IMG/VR virus record: IMGVR_UViG_3300034418_006779
Location: 1-64,000 of that record
DNA length: 64,000 nt
Strand: one strand, 5' to 3'
From: a virus
Shown here: piece by piece, positions 1-7,570 of the stretch
How positions within the stretch are numbered: the stretch's first letter is position 1
Layout: every line of letters starts with the position of its first letter
Program-made: the position numbers and the translations under genes
The notes under the pieces: generated by a model
What the model saw: the letters and a program-made list of their open reading frames with translations, nothing else
What the model was told of the DNA's origin: nothing
Database searches by the model: none

Positions 1-1
1 T

Positions 2-394
2 CTCTTCCTCAGTCATGTCTGCTTCCATAGCTTCCATAACTTGTTTATAGAAATTATCAGTGTTATCTTTCCACAAACAATACAGTGCTTCCCATGTTAT
101 CTCCTTTATGGGGATGTTACAGTAGCTCATAGCTAGTTCAATAAAGCGAGTGTCTCCAAACTCTTGGTCAAGGAGTACCTTAAATTGCACCATCTCCCAA
201 GGACTGGTCTTCTCAGGTACAACAAAGTCTAGACCTACGCCCATCTCTAGCTTACGTCTGCCGTTCTCGTTACCCCATACTTCACAGTGGTGGTCCTGGA
301 ACTTGTCCCATGTCTCATCAATACTATCCCAAACTTGCTGGGGCAGTCCAAGATGAGCAATTACAAATACGAATGGTCTGAATGAATTTTTCAT
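2..394 (-). CDS. hypothetical early protein, 3' end runs off the window (not in ORF track)
   Basis: ATG at 394; frame MKNSFRPFVFVIAHLGLPQQVWDSIDETWDKF... stays open for 131 codons to the window edge; preceded by the same upstream motif as the next two genes. Confidence 0.7.
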   Translation of the reverse strand, partial: MKNSFRPFVFVIAHLGLPQQVWDSIDETWDKFQDHHCEVWGNENGRRKLEMGVGLDFVVPEKTSPWEMVQFKVLLDQEFGDTRFIELAMSYCNIPIKEITWEALYCLWKDNTDNFYKQVMEAMEADMTEEE

Positions 395-419
395 TGTCTT
401 CTGTTTTAAATGATTAATA

Positions 420-439
420 AATGATATTAGGTGCTTGGT
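420..439 (-). promoter_or_regulatory. repeated upstream motif, copy 1 (ACCAAGCACCTAATATCATT on the minus strand)
   Basis: Exact 20-bp match to 753-772; lies about 25-45 nt upstream of the ATG at 394. Confidence 0.6.
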
Positions 440-450
440 AAAGAACTACT

Positions 451-723
451 TTATATCTCCTCCATCATTAACACTCCTCCTAGTACCCAGCTCATTGGTG
501 AGTACCATATTTTGAAGTGGGCGGTGTCTGGTTGGCTACCCAATGTGAGTCCAGGTATGTATTTGGCACATATGGGTTGCCCCACAAACTCTCCATTAAT
601 CACCCCCGCAAAGGGGCGGTTCTCAGTAATGCCGTTTTTCACGACCGTTACCCTTTTACTAAGAGGTAAAAAGGCTATCACTGCAAGGATAGCAATCATT
701 GCAAACAATGGTAATCTTTTCAT
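451..723 (-). CDS. hypothetical protein with N-terminal hydrophobic/signal segment
   Basis: MKRLPLFAMIAILAVIAFLPL; co-oriented with neighbours; A-rich leader. Confidence 0.65.
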   Translation of the reverse strand: MKRLPLFAMIAILAVIAFLPLSKRVTVVKNGITENRPFAGVINGEFVGQPICAKYIPGLTLGSQPDTAHFKIWYSPMSWVLGGVLMMEEI

Positions 724-752
724 CTTTTGTTTTGTTTAGATGATTTAACAAT

Positions 753-772
753 AATGATATTAGGTGCTTGGT
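753..772 (-). promoter_or_regulatory. repeated upstream motif, copy 2
   Basis: Identical 20-mer to 420-439, upstream of the ATG at 723; TGTTTAGATGATT at 733-745 recurs at 1133-1145. Confidence 0.6.
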
Positions 773-784
773 CCTCCTTAGACA

Positions 785-1123
785 TTACTTGTCAGCTTCT
801 ACGTTAGCCAATGCTTCAGCCAACTTCTCCTCTGATTCTACAAGCTCAACCTCGGGCTTTGTGTAGGTCACCTTTTGGGTCACCTCGTTCAATGCCTTCT
901 GTCTTTCGATCTTGTTAGCCTTAGCAATAGCCTCAGCATACAGTGGTGACTTCTCCCAAGTGTCAAAGGCCATAGCCTTAGCAACCTGAGTTGAGTATCC
1001 CATAGACCTAAAGGTAAGATAAGCATTAGCACACTGTGCGCTTGCCCATCCACCAATTGAGTTGTTACCACTAACGATTGTAAATGTCTTGTTTGCTTTG
1101 TTGTGAACGATGATTGTGTTCAT
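785..1123 (-). CDS. hypothetical early protein
   Basis: 112-aa ORF with A-rich leader and shared upstream motif. Confidence 0.7.
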   Translation of the reverse strand: MNTIIVHNKANKTFTIVSGNNSIGGWASAQCANAYLTFRSMGYSTQVAKAMAFDTWEKSPLYAEAIAKANKIERQKALNEVTQKVTYTKPEVELVESEEKLAEALANVEADK

Positions 1124-1335
1124 GATAAATAATGTTTAGATGATTATTCTGGACTGAACTGTGGTTTGTGCCTGGTCCAGACAGACACGAATGAAAGAAC
1201 TGTGCAAGATGGAAAGAACGAGCCACTCAGAATGAGCAGTTTGTATAATATGCCCCCGCTGGAGAATTTCTGGCCTCAGAAGAGGTGGGGGCGAAGAAAA
1301 ACTCAACAATTAACGGGGGTTCCTTGTAGGGTAGT

Positions 1336-1393
1336 CCCTATATATAATTACAAACAAAAATTTTATTTTCAATAGCCCCTATATATAATTACA
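1336..1393. repeat. 17-bp direct repeat CCCTATATATAATTACA x2, 41-bp period
   Basis: Copies at 1336-1352 and 1377-1393, each followed by an AAAAATTTTA tract, in a non-coding block. Confidence 0.8.
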
Positions 1394-1466
1394 CATAAAA
1401 AATTTTACAAAAAAAAATTCTGCGCCAATCGCTTCTGATCTAGGAGAGATCAAACCTTTTTTAAAT

Positions 1467-1497
1467 AAAAACCCTCCATCCGCGAAGCGGAGGAGGG
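1467..1497 (-). terminator. intrinsic terminator for the leftward 1.5-4.8 kb block (GCGAAGC-core hairpin)
   Basis: CCCTCC-A-TCCGC GAA GCGGA-GGAGGG, 11 bp with one bulge; U-tract follows on the minus strand. Confidence 0.65.
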
Positions 1498-1516
1498 CTT
1501 ATTGTAGGATGTAGTA

Positions 1517-1541
1517 AAATTTCCGTCGGGGACGGAAATTT
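1517..1541. repeat. perfect 11-bp inverted repeat with 3-nt loop
   Basis: AAATTTCCGTC-GGG-GACGGAAATTT. Confidence 0.85.
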
Positions 1542-1547
1542 AGGTAC

Positions 1548-1652
1548 TTATAAAAATACAGGCATTAATATGAAACGTGTTATGATTGCTGCAAAGATGA
1601 CAGTACCTAGACCGATCCATAGTATATTAGTTCGTTTGTGTTTATTATTCAT
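1548..1652 (-). CDS. 34-aa membrane peptide (below track cutoff)
   Basis: MNNKHKRTNILWIGLGTVIFAAIITRFILMPVFL; overlaps the stop of the upstream small ORF. Confidence 0.5.
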   Translation of the reverse strand: MNNKHKRTNILWIGLGTVIFAAIITRFILMPVFL

Positions 1653-1755
1653 GATTTTTTAGGCTTCTCCAAAATCTAATGCCATCATGGATTTCTTTAC
1701 CCGCCCATATAAAGCATATCGCTGCTATTCCTATACATATCAGTTGTGCTATCAT
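1645..1755 (-). CDS. 36-aa membrane peptide (below track cutoff)
   Basis: MIAQLICIGIAAICFIWAGKEIHDGIRFWRSLKNHE; ATGA overlap with 1752..2000. Confidence 0.55.
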   Translation of the reverse strand: MIAQLICIGIAAICFIWAGKEIHDGIRFWRSLKNHE

Positions 1756-2000
1756 AGTCTTTCAAATGTTTTAATAATATACTCAAGATCACTATATATA
1801 ATGTCTACTTCAACCAATAAAGGTCTGCTAACTCCTTCTCTGTTAGCAATAAGAAAAGCATCACCAACATTGTCGTATATAATATCAACAACTAGACCTT
1901 CAGGCCATTCACCTTTTTCTTCTCGTTCAACGATGCAATCTGTTAGCCATTTGCTATCTTCCTTATGCTTATCAGTAGTGTAGTATTCTAAATAATTCAT
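1752..2000 (-). CDS. hypothetical protein
   Basis: ATGA-coupled chain of leftward ORFs. Confidence 0.7.
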   Translation of the reverse strand: MNYLEYYTTDKHKEDSKWLTDCIVEREEKGEWPEGLVVDIIYDNVGDAFLIANREGVSRPLLVEVDIIYSDLEYIIKTFERL

Positions 2001-2191
2001 TGCGATTTTACTAAATATTTCATGTAGTCTGCTATCTCTTGCATTTCAGCTAGAGTAAAAAAATCAGTGTTTGGGACAAAGACGTAATCGAATGGTTGTG
2101 CGGATATACATCCTATACAATAATAGTCATCAGTCTTAAACTGCTTGAATACATAAAAGCATCCATCGTCTTTGTCCCATTCAAAAATCAT
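1997..2191 (-). CDS. hypothetical protein
   Basis: ATGA overlap at both ends. Confidence 0.7.
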   Translation of the reverse strand: MIFEWDKDDGCFYVFKQFKTDDYYCIGCISAQPFDYVFVPNTDFFTLAEMQEIADYMKYLVKSQ

Positions 2192-2766
2192 TGTATATCT
2201 ATAATTTCAAATACTTCCTGCTCCTGATCTATAATATATTTACGTTGTAAAACTAGTTCTCTTCCTAGCAACGAAAGTCGGAGATCTTCGTCCATCTCAT
2301 CTATCGAAGCGTCCTCGACTCCGGTATCAGTGCCGTCTTCCTCGGGTTGAGGTTCTTCAGATATCGTAAAGTATGGATCTCCATTTCCATCCTCTAGGTT
2401 CCACTTGTATACAATTCCTTCATCTTCTACCGTATTCTTCTCGTTCATCAGAGCTTCTGTTATCTTATCTATCAAACTTACCTGAGTAGGTTTATTTTCC
2501 AATGCATCCTGTAACTGTTTAAGTTCGTCCAAGCTAAGATTTTCCAAATTCTCTTTAGAATATCTCATAGGGTACTTCATCATAATGTAGTTGATGTACT
2601 GAGCCTTTTGACTCCTCTCTTCCATTAATTTCATTAAGTCTCCCAAAGCTCCCGTAGGTTTTTGAGAGCGAGGTACTAAGAAATCATCAAAATTAATCTG
2701 AGGACGTCTAAAACTATCTATTCTTCTGGCACGAGGTATCTCGTCTCTGTTCAGTGATTCGTTCAT
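2188..2766 (-). CDS. acidic hypothetical protein
   Basis: 192 aa, translationally coupled. Confidence 0.75.
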   Translation of the reverse strand: MNESLNRDEIPRARRIDSFRRPQINFDDFLVPRSQKPTGALGDLMKLMEERSQKAQYINYIMMKYPMRYSKENLENLSLDELKQLQDALENKPTQVSLIDKITEALMNEKNTVEDEGIVYKWNLEDGNGDPYFTISEEPQPEEDGTDTGVEDASIDEMDEDLRLSLLGRELVLQRKYIIDQEQEVFEIIDIQ

Positions 2767-2990
2767 TTTAAAATCATTTTTATTCCACGCTCCAGCATAA
2801 GGTAGTCATTTTCCGTACAAGAAGCGTTTCTTCGTAGCGCCGCCAGGCGCATAGGGTCTCTGTTCTTATCATTAGAGATACAATATTCATCTACAACTGA
2901 ATCATAACCTATTGTTACTATTCTATCTTCAAGTATTTTATGTACATATACCATACCTCCTATAGTACTATTAGTATAATATTCTATCAT
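2763..2990 (-). CDS. hypothetical protein
   Basis: First gene after the promoter at 3033-3061. Confidence 0.7.
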   Translation of the reverse strand: MIEYYTNSTIGGMVYVHKILEDRIVTIGYDSVVDEYCISNDKNRDPMRLAALRRNASCTENDYLMLERGIKMILK

Positions 2991-3032
2991 ATTATTAATA
3001 TTTATATTCCTTTCTTGCCGACCGGGGTCTAA

Positions 3033-3061
3033 AAGATAATAAGAAAATTCTCCTTTGTCAA
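3033..3061 (-). promoter_or_regulatory. sigma70-like promoter TTGACA-17-TATCTT
   Basis: Perfect -35 hexamer, 17-nt spacer, in an intergenic gap. Confidence 0.55.
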
Positions 3062-3079
3062 GTTTTTAAAGGAAAATTT

Positions 3080-3169
3080 TTAACATCCCATCATAAAACA
3101 CATCCCGATTATCACTAAAATTCCATATTGGAAGAAAAACCAACCGTCGTTTCTATCGTTATCACTCAT
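3080..3169 (-). CDS. 29-aa hydrophobic peptide
   Basis: MSDNDRNDGWFFFQYGILVIIGMCFMMGC; ATGA overlap with the upstream ORF. Confidence 0.45.
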   Translation of the reverse strand: MSDNDRNDGWFFFQYGILVIIGMCFMMGC

Positions 3170-3315
3170 ATCATTTCAGGTGTAATATACAACCATCTGT
3201 CCTCTTGGTATATGTTATCCATAGTTAATCGAAGCTTATATCCATCTACCATAATAACAACATGAGGGTCTCCGCTCACTAGGTACAGTCGCTCCCTTAG
3301 TTTTGATGCCTTCAT
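3166..3315 (-). CDS. 49-aa hypothetical protein
   Basis: MKASKLRERLYLVSGDPHVVIMVDGYKLRL...; ATGA overlaps at both ends. Confidence 0.55.
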   Translation of the reverse strand: MKASKLRERLYLVSGDPHVVIMVDGYKLRLTMDNIYQEDRWLYITPEMI

Positions 3316-3575
3316 TTCATATAGTATTTAATGTACCATTTAGCATGGTAGTCTTCGAGTTGATTAGGAAGAAGACCAAATTTTGTAATCATCTCTCTTA
3401 TATATTTAGGGTAGTATTCCTTTCTGAAGGCGTCTTTATGTTCCTTCTTAGCACGATGATACGCTACCCCATATTTCAATCGTAACATCGCTCTATAAAA
3501 CAAAAGAGTCGATACATCCTCGAAATCTGGGTGTACCGACTCGCTATCAAACTCTATAGAAAAATCAAAATTCAT
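3312..3575 (-). CDS. hypothetical protein
   Basis: ATGA-coupled. Confidence 0.7.
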   Translation of the reverse strand: MNFDFSIEFDSESVHPDFEDVSTLLFYRAMLRLKYGVAYHRAKKEHKDAFRKEYYPKYIREMITKFGLLPNQLEDYHAKWYIKYYMK

Positions 3576-3835
3576 TCTTTGATCATAGTGCCATCTTGAA
3601 CTGTTGTGTCATAATCATTTAGTAGACTATCAACTGTTAGGCTATCCCACCGTTCTAGATTCTCTAGACACTCAGGACAATCCATTCCGCCATCGTGGTA
3701 GAATCCATCATCCTCATTAGCCCATCTAAAACCTTCTGCAGTTCCTTCGTAATTGATAGTTCCTAACACTGCTATAGCAGCTATCAAGATTATACCTATG
3801 ACTCCTAAGTAAATCCAGTTAGTTTTCATTACCAA
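3572..3835 (-). CDS. membrane-anchored protein with CxxC
   Basis: N-terminal TM segment WIYLGVIGIILIAAIAVLG; CPEC. Confidence 0.65.
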   Translation of the reverse strand: MVMKTNWIYLGVIGIILIAAIAVLGTINYEGTAEGFRWANEDDGFYHDGGMDCPECLENLERWDSLTVDSLLNDYDTTVQDGTMIKE

Positions 3836-4212
3836 AGTCTTTTAAAGTAATACCATGCCCATCCTATCAAAGGCAGTGATATAAATAATGCGTGTTGATA
3901 TTGTACTTCAGTCCAATAGTTATCTGCTATAATTTTTAGTGCTGTTCCAAAGAATAAGAATGTTATAAATAGGATTAACATCTTTGCTATTTGACCCAGT
4001 CTTTTATGTTTAAATTCGTAATAATTGATGCCGAAGCTCTCTAGCATCATATCCATGGGCGAACCATAGTAAAAGGTATTCTCATAACCAGTTTCAGTCT
4101 TTTTATCTCCAAAAGCAAAGCATTCATACTTACCGTGATTTACTTGAACTGATATGGGATCGCCACACTCTTTATAGTCAATCTTGACTGTTATTTTTTT
4201 CCTGTTGTCCAT
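3829..4212 (-). CDS. membrane protein with two C-terminal TM segments
   Basis: MLILFITFLFFGTAL and ALFISLPLIGWAWYYF. Confidence 0.7.
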   Translation of the reverse strand: MDNRKKITVKIDYKECGDPISVQVNHGKYECFAFGDKKTETGYENTFYYGSPMDMMLESFGINYYEFKHKRLGQIAKMLILFITFLFFGTALKIIADNYWTEVQYQHALFISLPLIGWAWYYFKRLW

Positions 4213-4318
4213 TTATCTCAACTAATTCATATCCACATATGTGACAAGTCATTTGTATAGACTCTATATAATAGTGTGGATTCTTAGGATTTGTACACTT
4301 ATATTTATTTGGGTTCAT
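4178..4318 (-). CDS. 46-aa putative Zn-ribbon peptide, probably on a leaderless mRNA
   Basis: MNPNKYKCTNPKNPHYYIESIQMTCHICGYELV; ATG lies 7 nt downstream of the -10 box. Confidence 0.5.
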   Translation of the reverse strand: MNPNKYKCTNPKNPHYYIESIQMTCHICGYELVEINGQQEKNNSQD

Positions 4319-4324
4319 GTATAT

Positions 4325-4353
4325 AATATACAATTTTCAAGACAGAAAGTCAA
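4325..4353 (-). promoter_or_regulatory. sigma70-like promoter TTGACT-17-TATTAT
   Basis: Both hexamers match consensus at 5/6 with a 17-nt spacer. Confidence 0.55.
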
Positions 4354-4368
4354 TCTCTGTTCATATAA

Positions 4369-4803
4369 TTAAAAAATTTCTTTAACAATGTTAGCAACAA
4401 TGCGGCGATTATGATTAATATTCCTACACTGAGCTTCATAAACTTCTTCTACTTCTTTTGTTTTGTCTAACGTATCTGTTATATATTCTATAGTTGCGTC
4501 CATGTCTTGATACCCATTACATGTCCATACAGGTAAACCAAATGTACAGTATTTCTTATATTGAGTAAGTTCAGTTTCTTCACAATCACATTGTCCTGAC
4601 ATATCTAATGACCGATTCATCTTAAATTCTACAATTAAGGCTGGATCTCCGGAATGGTCTAGTACCAGCATATCAACAAATGCTCGGCCATATTCAGTAT
4701 CTCCCATGTACTTATTGAGGTAAAAGTCGTATTCTGTACTGTCTTTTATCCAATAACCTACTGCAAATACTAGGTCCATTTCTGACGAATAGTGCTCACC
4801 CAT
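4369..4803 (-). CDS. putative PD-(D/E)xK restriction-endonuclease-fold protein
   Basis: E...FVDMLVLDHSGDPALIVEFK...QYKKY motif arrangement. Confidence 0.55.
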   Translation of the reverse strand: MGEHYSSEMDLVFAVGYWIKDSTEYDFYLNKYMGDTEYGRAFVDMLVLDHSGDPALIVEFKMNRSLDMSGQCDCEETELTQYKKYCTFGLPVWTCNGYQDMDATIEYITDTLDKTKEVEEVYEAQCRNINHNRRIVANIVKEIF

Positions 4804-4953
4804 GCGTTTCTAATGTTTAGGAATGAGAATGGTGTATAAGATATAATAGTATTTTTCCACTAAAATGCATTAATTATTAAAAAAATTTTTTAATCTTTTT
4901 GTTTTTTAGTATATTAAAGATAATCTTTAATACAAACAATAATAACAAGAGAA

Positions 4954-5304
4954 ATGGTGAAGTTTAGAGCAAAGTTGGACGATAGGAAATTCTATCTATT
5001 CCTACTAAAGTTACATGGCATTGAGAATATACAACTAACTGAAAGAGAAATACAATTAGCCAGCTATCTCCTTGCTTCTGATATTTATCCATTCTCAGGT
5101 CGAGGGAGAAGGAAGATACTAAAAGAGATGGGGATAACATCAGCAAACTTCTCTATACTTCTTAAAGGATTGACTAAGAAAGGTGTAGTAATCAAAAGTG
5201 AAGATCACAATGATTATTCGTTCAGCACGTTTTTTGATCATTTTAAAAAGAAGTGGGAGAAGAATAGTAAAGTAGAACTTGGATATATAATTACTAAAAA
5301 ATGA
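4954..5304 (+). CDS. winged-helix DNA-binding protein
   Basis: LTEREIQLASYLL...RRKILKEMGITSANFSILLKGLTKKGVV. Confidence 0.65.
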   Translation: MVKFRAKLDDRKFYLFLLKLHGIENIQLTEREIQLASYLLASDIYPFSGRGRRKILKEMGITSANFSILLKGLTKKGVVIKSEDHNDYSFSTFFDHFKKKWEKNSKVELGYIITKK

Positions 5305-5486
5305 ATCTATTTATTTACGCAGTAATGTCAAGACAAGACGAAGAATTGAAACTTCTACACAGCGTTCCGTTTTTAGTTCTTGCTAAGGACAAAGATAACG
5401 CAATAGCAAAGGCAACTCTAGAAGCACAATCCTTGATAGAGGACGGAGGTACGGAGGACTTCGAAATTCAAGTGCGCCCTTTTTAG
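5301..5486 (+). CDS. hypothetical protein ending VRPF; candidate -1 frameshift extends it to 5617
   Basis: ATGA overlap; C-CCT-TTT-TAG at the 3' end. Confidence 0.7.
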   Translation: MNLFIYAVMSRQDEELKLLHSVPFLVLAKDKDNAIAKATLEAQSLIEDGGTEDFEIQVRPF

Positions 5487-5607
5487 ATGAGGAAGAATCC
5501 GTATGGAAGTGTTTAGGAGATAACAGATGGAAATACCTGTCCACAGACACCATGCGCATAAGAAGTTCTTCCGAAATTGATATAAGACCATACAGAGATT
5601 TTACATC

Positions 5608-5862
5608 ATGGACTTAATTAAAAAGGTTTACAATGTCTACGGACTTGTAAGAGCAATCGACAATACTATGACAGCTCTACGAGAACAAGATGACTATGAA
5701 GTTTATCTTGACTCAATCCAAGAAGGAGGAGCTCTGCACTCTCTCGTTAAGATCGCAAGATCATTAGTTGAGAATGGGCATTTAGACGAACTAAGAGATC
5801 TCATTGATGAAGTACAACTAAACGATCATCTACAATGGGAAGACGATGGAGAAATACTATAA
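5608..5862 (+). CDS. hypothetical protein
   Basis: 84-aa ORF within the operon. Confidence 0.7.
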   Translation: MDLIKKVYNVYGLVRAIDNTMTALREQDDYEVYLDSIQEGGALHSLVKIARSLVENGHLDELRDLIDEVQLNDHLQWEDDGEIL

Positions 5863-6154
5863 AGCCGTAGCTGAAAAGCACGGTATTCCACAAGGAACAG
5901 TTCGATATGCTACAAAGCACTTTTGCAGAGAAGCAAAAGACTATTTAAAAGAATGTGATAATAAAGGTGTACTCATCAATGGATTTGGAACCTTACTACC
6001 ACATAAACCTAGCATCGACGCTAAAATCAAGCGATATATTCGTTTTCTGCGAAAGGATGTCGATGAAGCTAGTAAAGAAAGAGCTAGAAAAAAGCTCAAA
6101 ATATATTGGAAATTTCGCAGAAAAATACAACCAGAAAGGTATAAATATTTTTAA
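5846..6154 (+). CDS. IHF/HU-like DNA-binding protein
   Basis: YKAVAEKHGIPQGTVRYATKHF...KGVLINGFGTL fits the HU pattern; typical of crAss-like phages upstream of TerL. Confidence 0.65.
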   Translation: MEKYYKAVAEKHGIPQGTVRYATKHFCREAKDYLKECDNKGVLINGFGTLLPHKPSIDAKIKRYIRFLRKDVDEASKERARKKLKIYWKFRRKIQPERYKYF

Positions 6155-6158
6155 TTAA

Positions 6159-6593
6159 ATGACTACAGCACAATTAAACAAACTGACTAAAAAAGATCTC
6201 GTAACTAAAGTAGAAGAACTACAGAAATCAGTTCAATCTACTCAAGATAAATTGAAGAGAGCACAGAGCTCTAGCAAGAAAGCAGATAATGTAAGAGCTC
6301 TCGGAGAGACTTTTTCACTCAAAGCTGCTGCAGATACTATTGAGAAACTTGACGCACGATGCGAAGTTCTCGGTGACCAAAACACTCGACTTTCAAATGA
6401 ATTGGTAGCTCGCGATGAGTTTATCGAATCAGTACTTGAAAAGTACGCCAAGCTTAAAGAGTTTGTTGAGGGCATCAAGGAGTACATCGAGGAGCGTCAG
6501 CCTTACTACTTCATTTCATGGAGAAAGTATGTTCAGACAATCAAGTATATCTATAACGAGCTAAGAGACCTATTGAGCAAAGACGAAGAGTAA
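6159..6593 (+). CDS. coiled-coil hypothetical protein
   Basis: Heptad-rich 144 aa. Confidence 0.7.
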   Translation: MTTAQLNKLTKKDLVTKVEELQKSVQSTQDKLKRAQSSSKKADNVRALGETFSLKAAADTIEKLDARCEVLGDQNTRLSNELVARDEFIESVLEKYAKLKEFVEGIKEYIEERQPYYFISWRKYVQTIKYIYNELRDLLSKDEE

Positions 6594-6594
6594 T

Positions 6595-7206
6595 ATGGCA
6601 TCAGAAAAAACCATGAACGATTACATCGTGATGGCTAAAGAGGATGCGGCTATTCAAGAAGGAGAACCAAGGGATCAGCATTTTATGGCTGATTCCGAGA
6701 CTCCAGAAATCCTCATCCCTGAAGCTGAGCAGATGAAACAGCACAGAAAAAATCAGGAGCGGGAGATTAAGCTCGCTCACCAGTATAACGATACTATTCA
6801 CACTCTTGATCCTAGGTATTCACAACAGATCACCCCAGTAAATGGGAAGCTTCTTGTAAGAGCTTACGTGATTGATCCTGTTGATGAGAATGGAGTGTTC
6901 GTAGGATTTGGACATATTTATGTTCCTAAGAAAGGAAATGAATATCAGTCTGAGCCAGTCCCTAACCCACTACCATATCAAGTTAGAGCGGTAGTAGTTA
7001 GTAGTGATAATGAAAATTACCAAGCAGGACAAGAGGTTCAACTCCACCCACGAGTAATTCAACTCAAACCATTCAGAGGAACAGAAGCTCTGATTTGTGA
7101 GAACATGTTCGCACGACATGACGCTTCTTTTGATTTTGATAATCCCTATGATCACTTTGGTTATCTTATGGTAAGACCAGGAGATATCGAGTGTATTATT
7201 AACTAA
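6595..7206 (+). CDS. GroES-like co-chaperonin with N-terminal extension
   Basis: ITPVNGKLLVRA...RAVVVS...YQAGQEVQL...YLMVRPGDIECII follows the Cpn10 pattern (P..D.VLV...G.VVAVG...GD.V...YL.....DI.A.I). Confidence 0.6.
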   Translation: MASEKTMNDYIVMAKEDAAIQEGEPRDQHFMADSETPEILIPEAEQMKQHRKNQEREIKLAHQYNDTIHTLDPRYSQQITPVNGKLLVRAYVIDPVDENGVFVGFGHIYVPKKGNEYQSEPVPNPLPYQVRAVVVSSDNENYQAGQEVQLHPRVIQLKPFRGTEALICENMFARHDASFDFDNPYDHFGYLMVRPGDIECIIN

Positions 7207-7213
7207 ACCAATT

Positions 7214-7570
7214 ATGAGACGACTAATTCTAACATTCCTACTCTTGTTGTCTATAGCATTCGCTCAGCAAACAGGAGAACAAACACAGTATTTAAAAGGT
7301 AATGAAGTAGTTCTTGTAACTCCAGAAGAAGGTAAATTATGTCTTTATCAGACTAAACCGTTTGATTATTATAAGATTCATATTTACCAACAACAGGAGC
7401 GTAAGGTTACTTACCAAGTACATAAACCATGGCTCGGTTGTGAGATTAGAGAATGGACATTTGATACTACTAATTATGAACCTGGAAAATATGTTATGAT
7501 GTTAGAATATAGACAACCTCAAATTATAGGACCTAAGAAATGGGTCTACTTACCTTTTATTGTAGAATGA
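7214..7570 (+). CDS. secreted protein: Sec signal peptide plus Ig-like/T9SS-CTD-like domain
   Basis: MRRLILTFLLLLSIAFA|Q; KIHIYQQQERKV...FDTTNYEPGKYVMML. Confidence 0.55.
   Translation: MRRLILTFLLLLSIAFAQQTGEQTQYLKGNEVVLVTPEEGKLCLYQTKPFDYYKIHIYQQQERKVTYQVHKPWLGCEIREWTFDTTNYEPGKYVMMLEYRQPQIIGPKKWVYLPFIVE

Noticed and set aside
420-1393. Direct repeats as a CRISPR mini-array
   Set aside because: Only two copies of each repeat. The 20-mers are separated by a whole gene, the 17-mers are too short and AT-rich, and there are no cas genes; the Cas4-like nuclease is a standard crAss-like gene.
150-1983. Plus-strand ORFs 150..356, 431..739, 1166..1375 and 1687..1983
   Set aside because: They are antisense to coupled leftward genes or lie in the non-coding control block; most have non-ATG starts and implausible composition.
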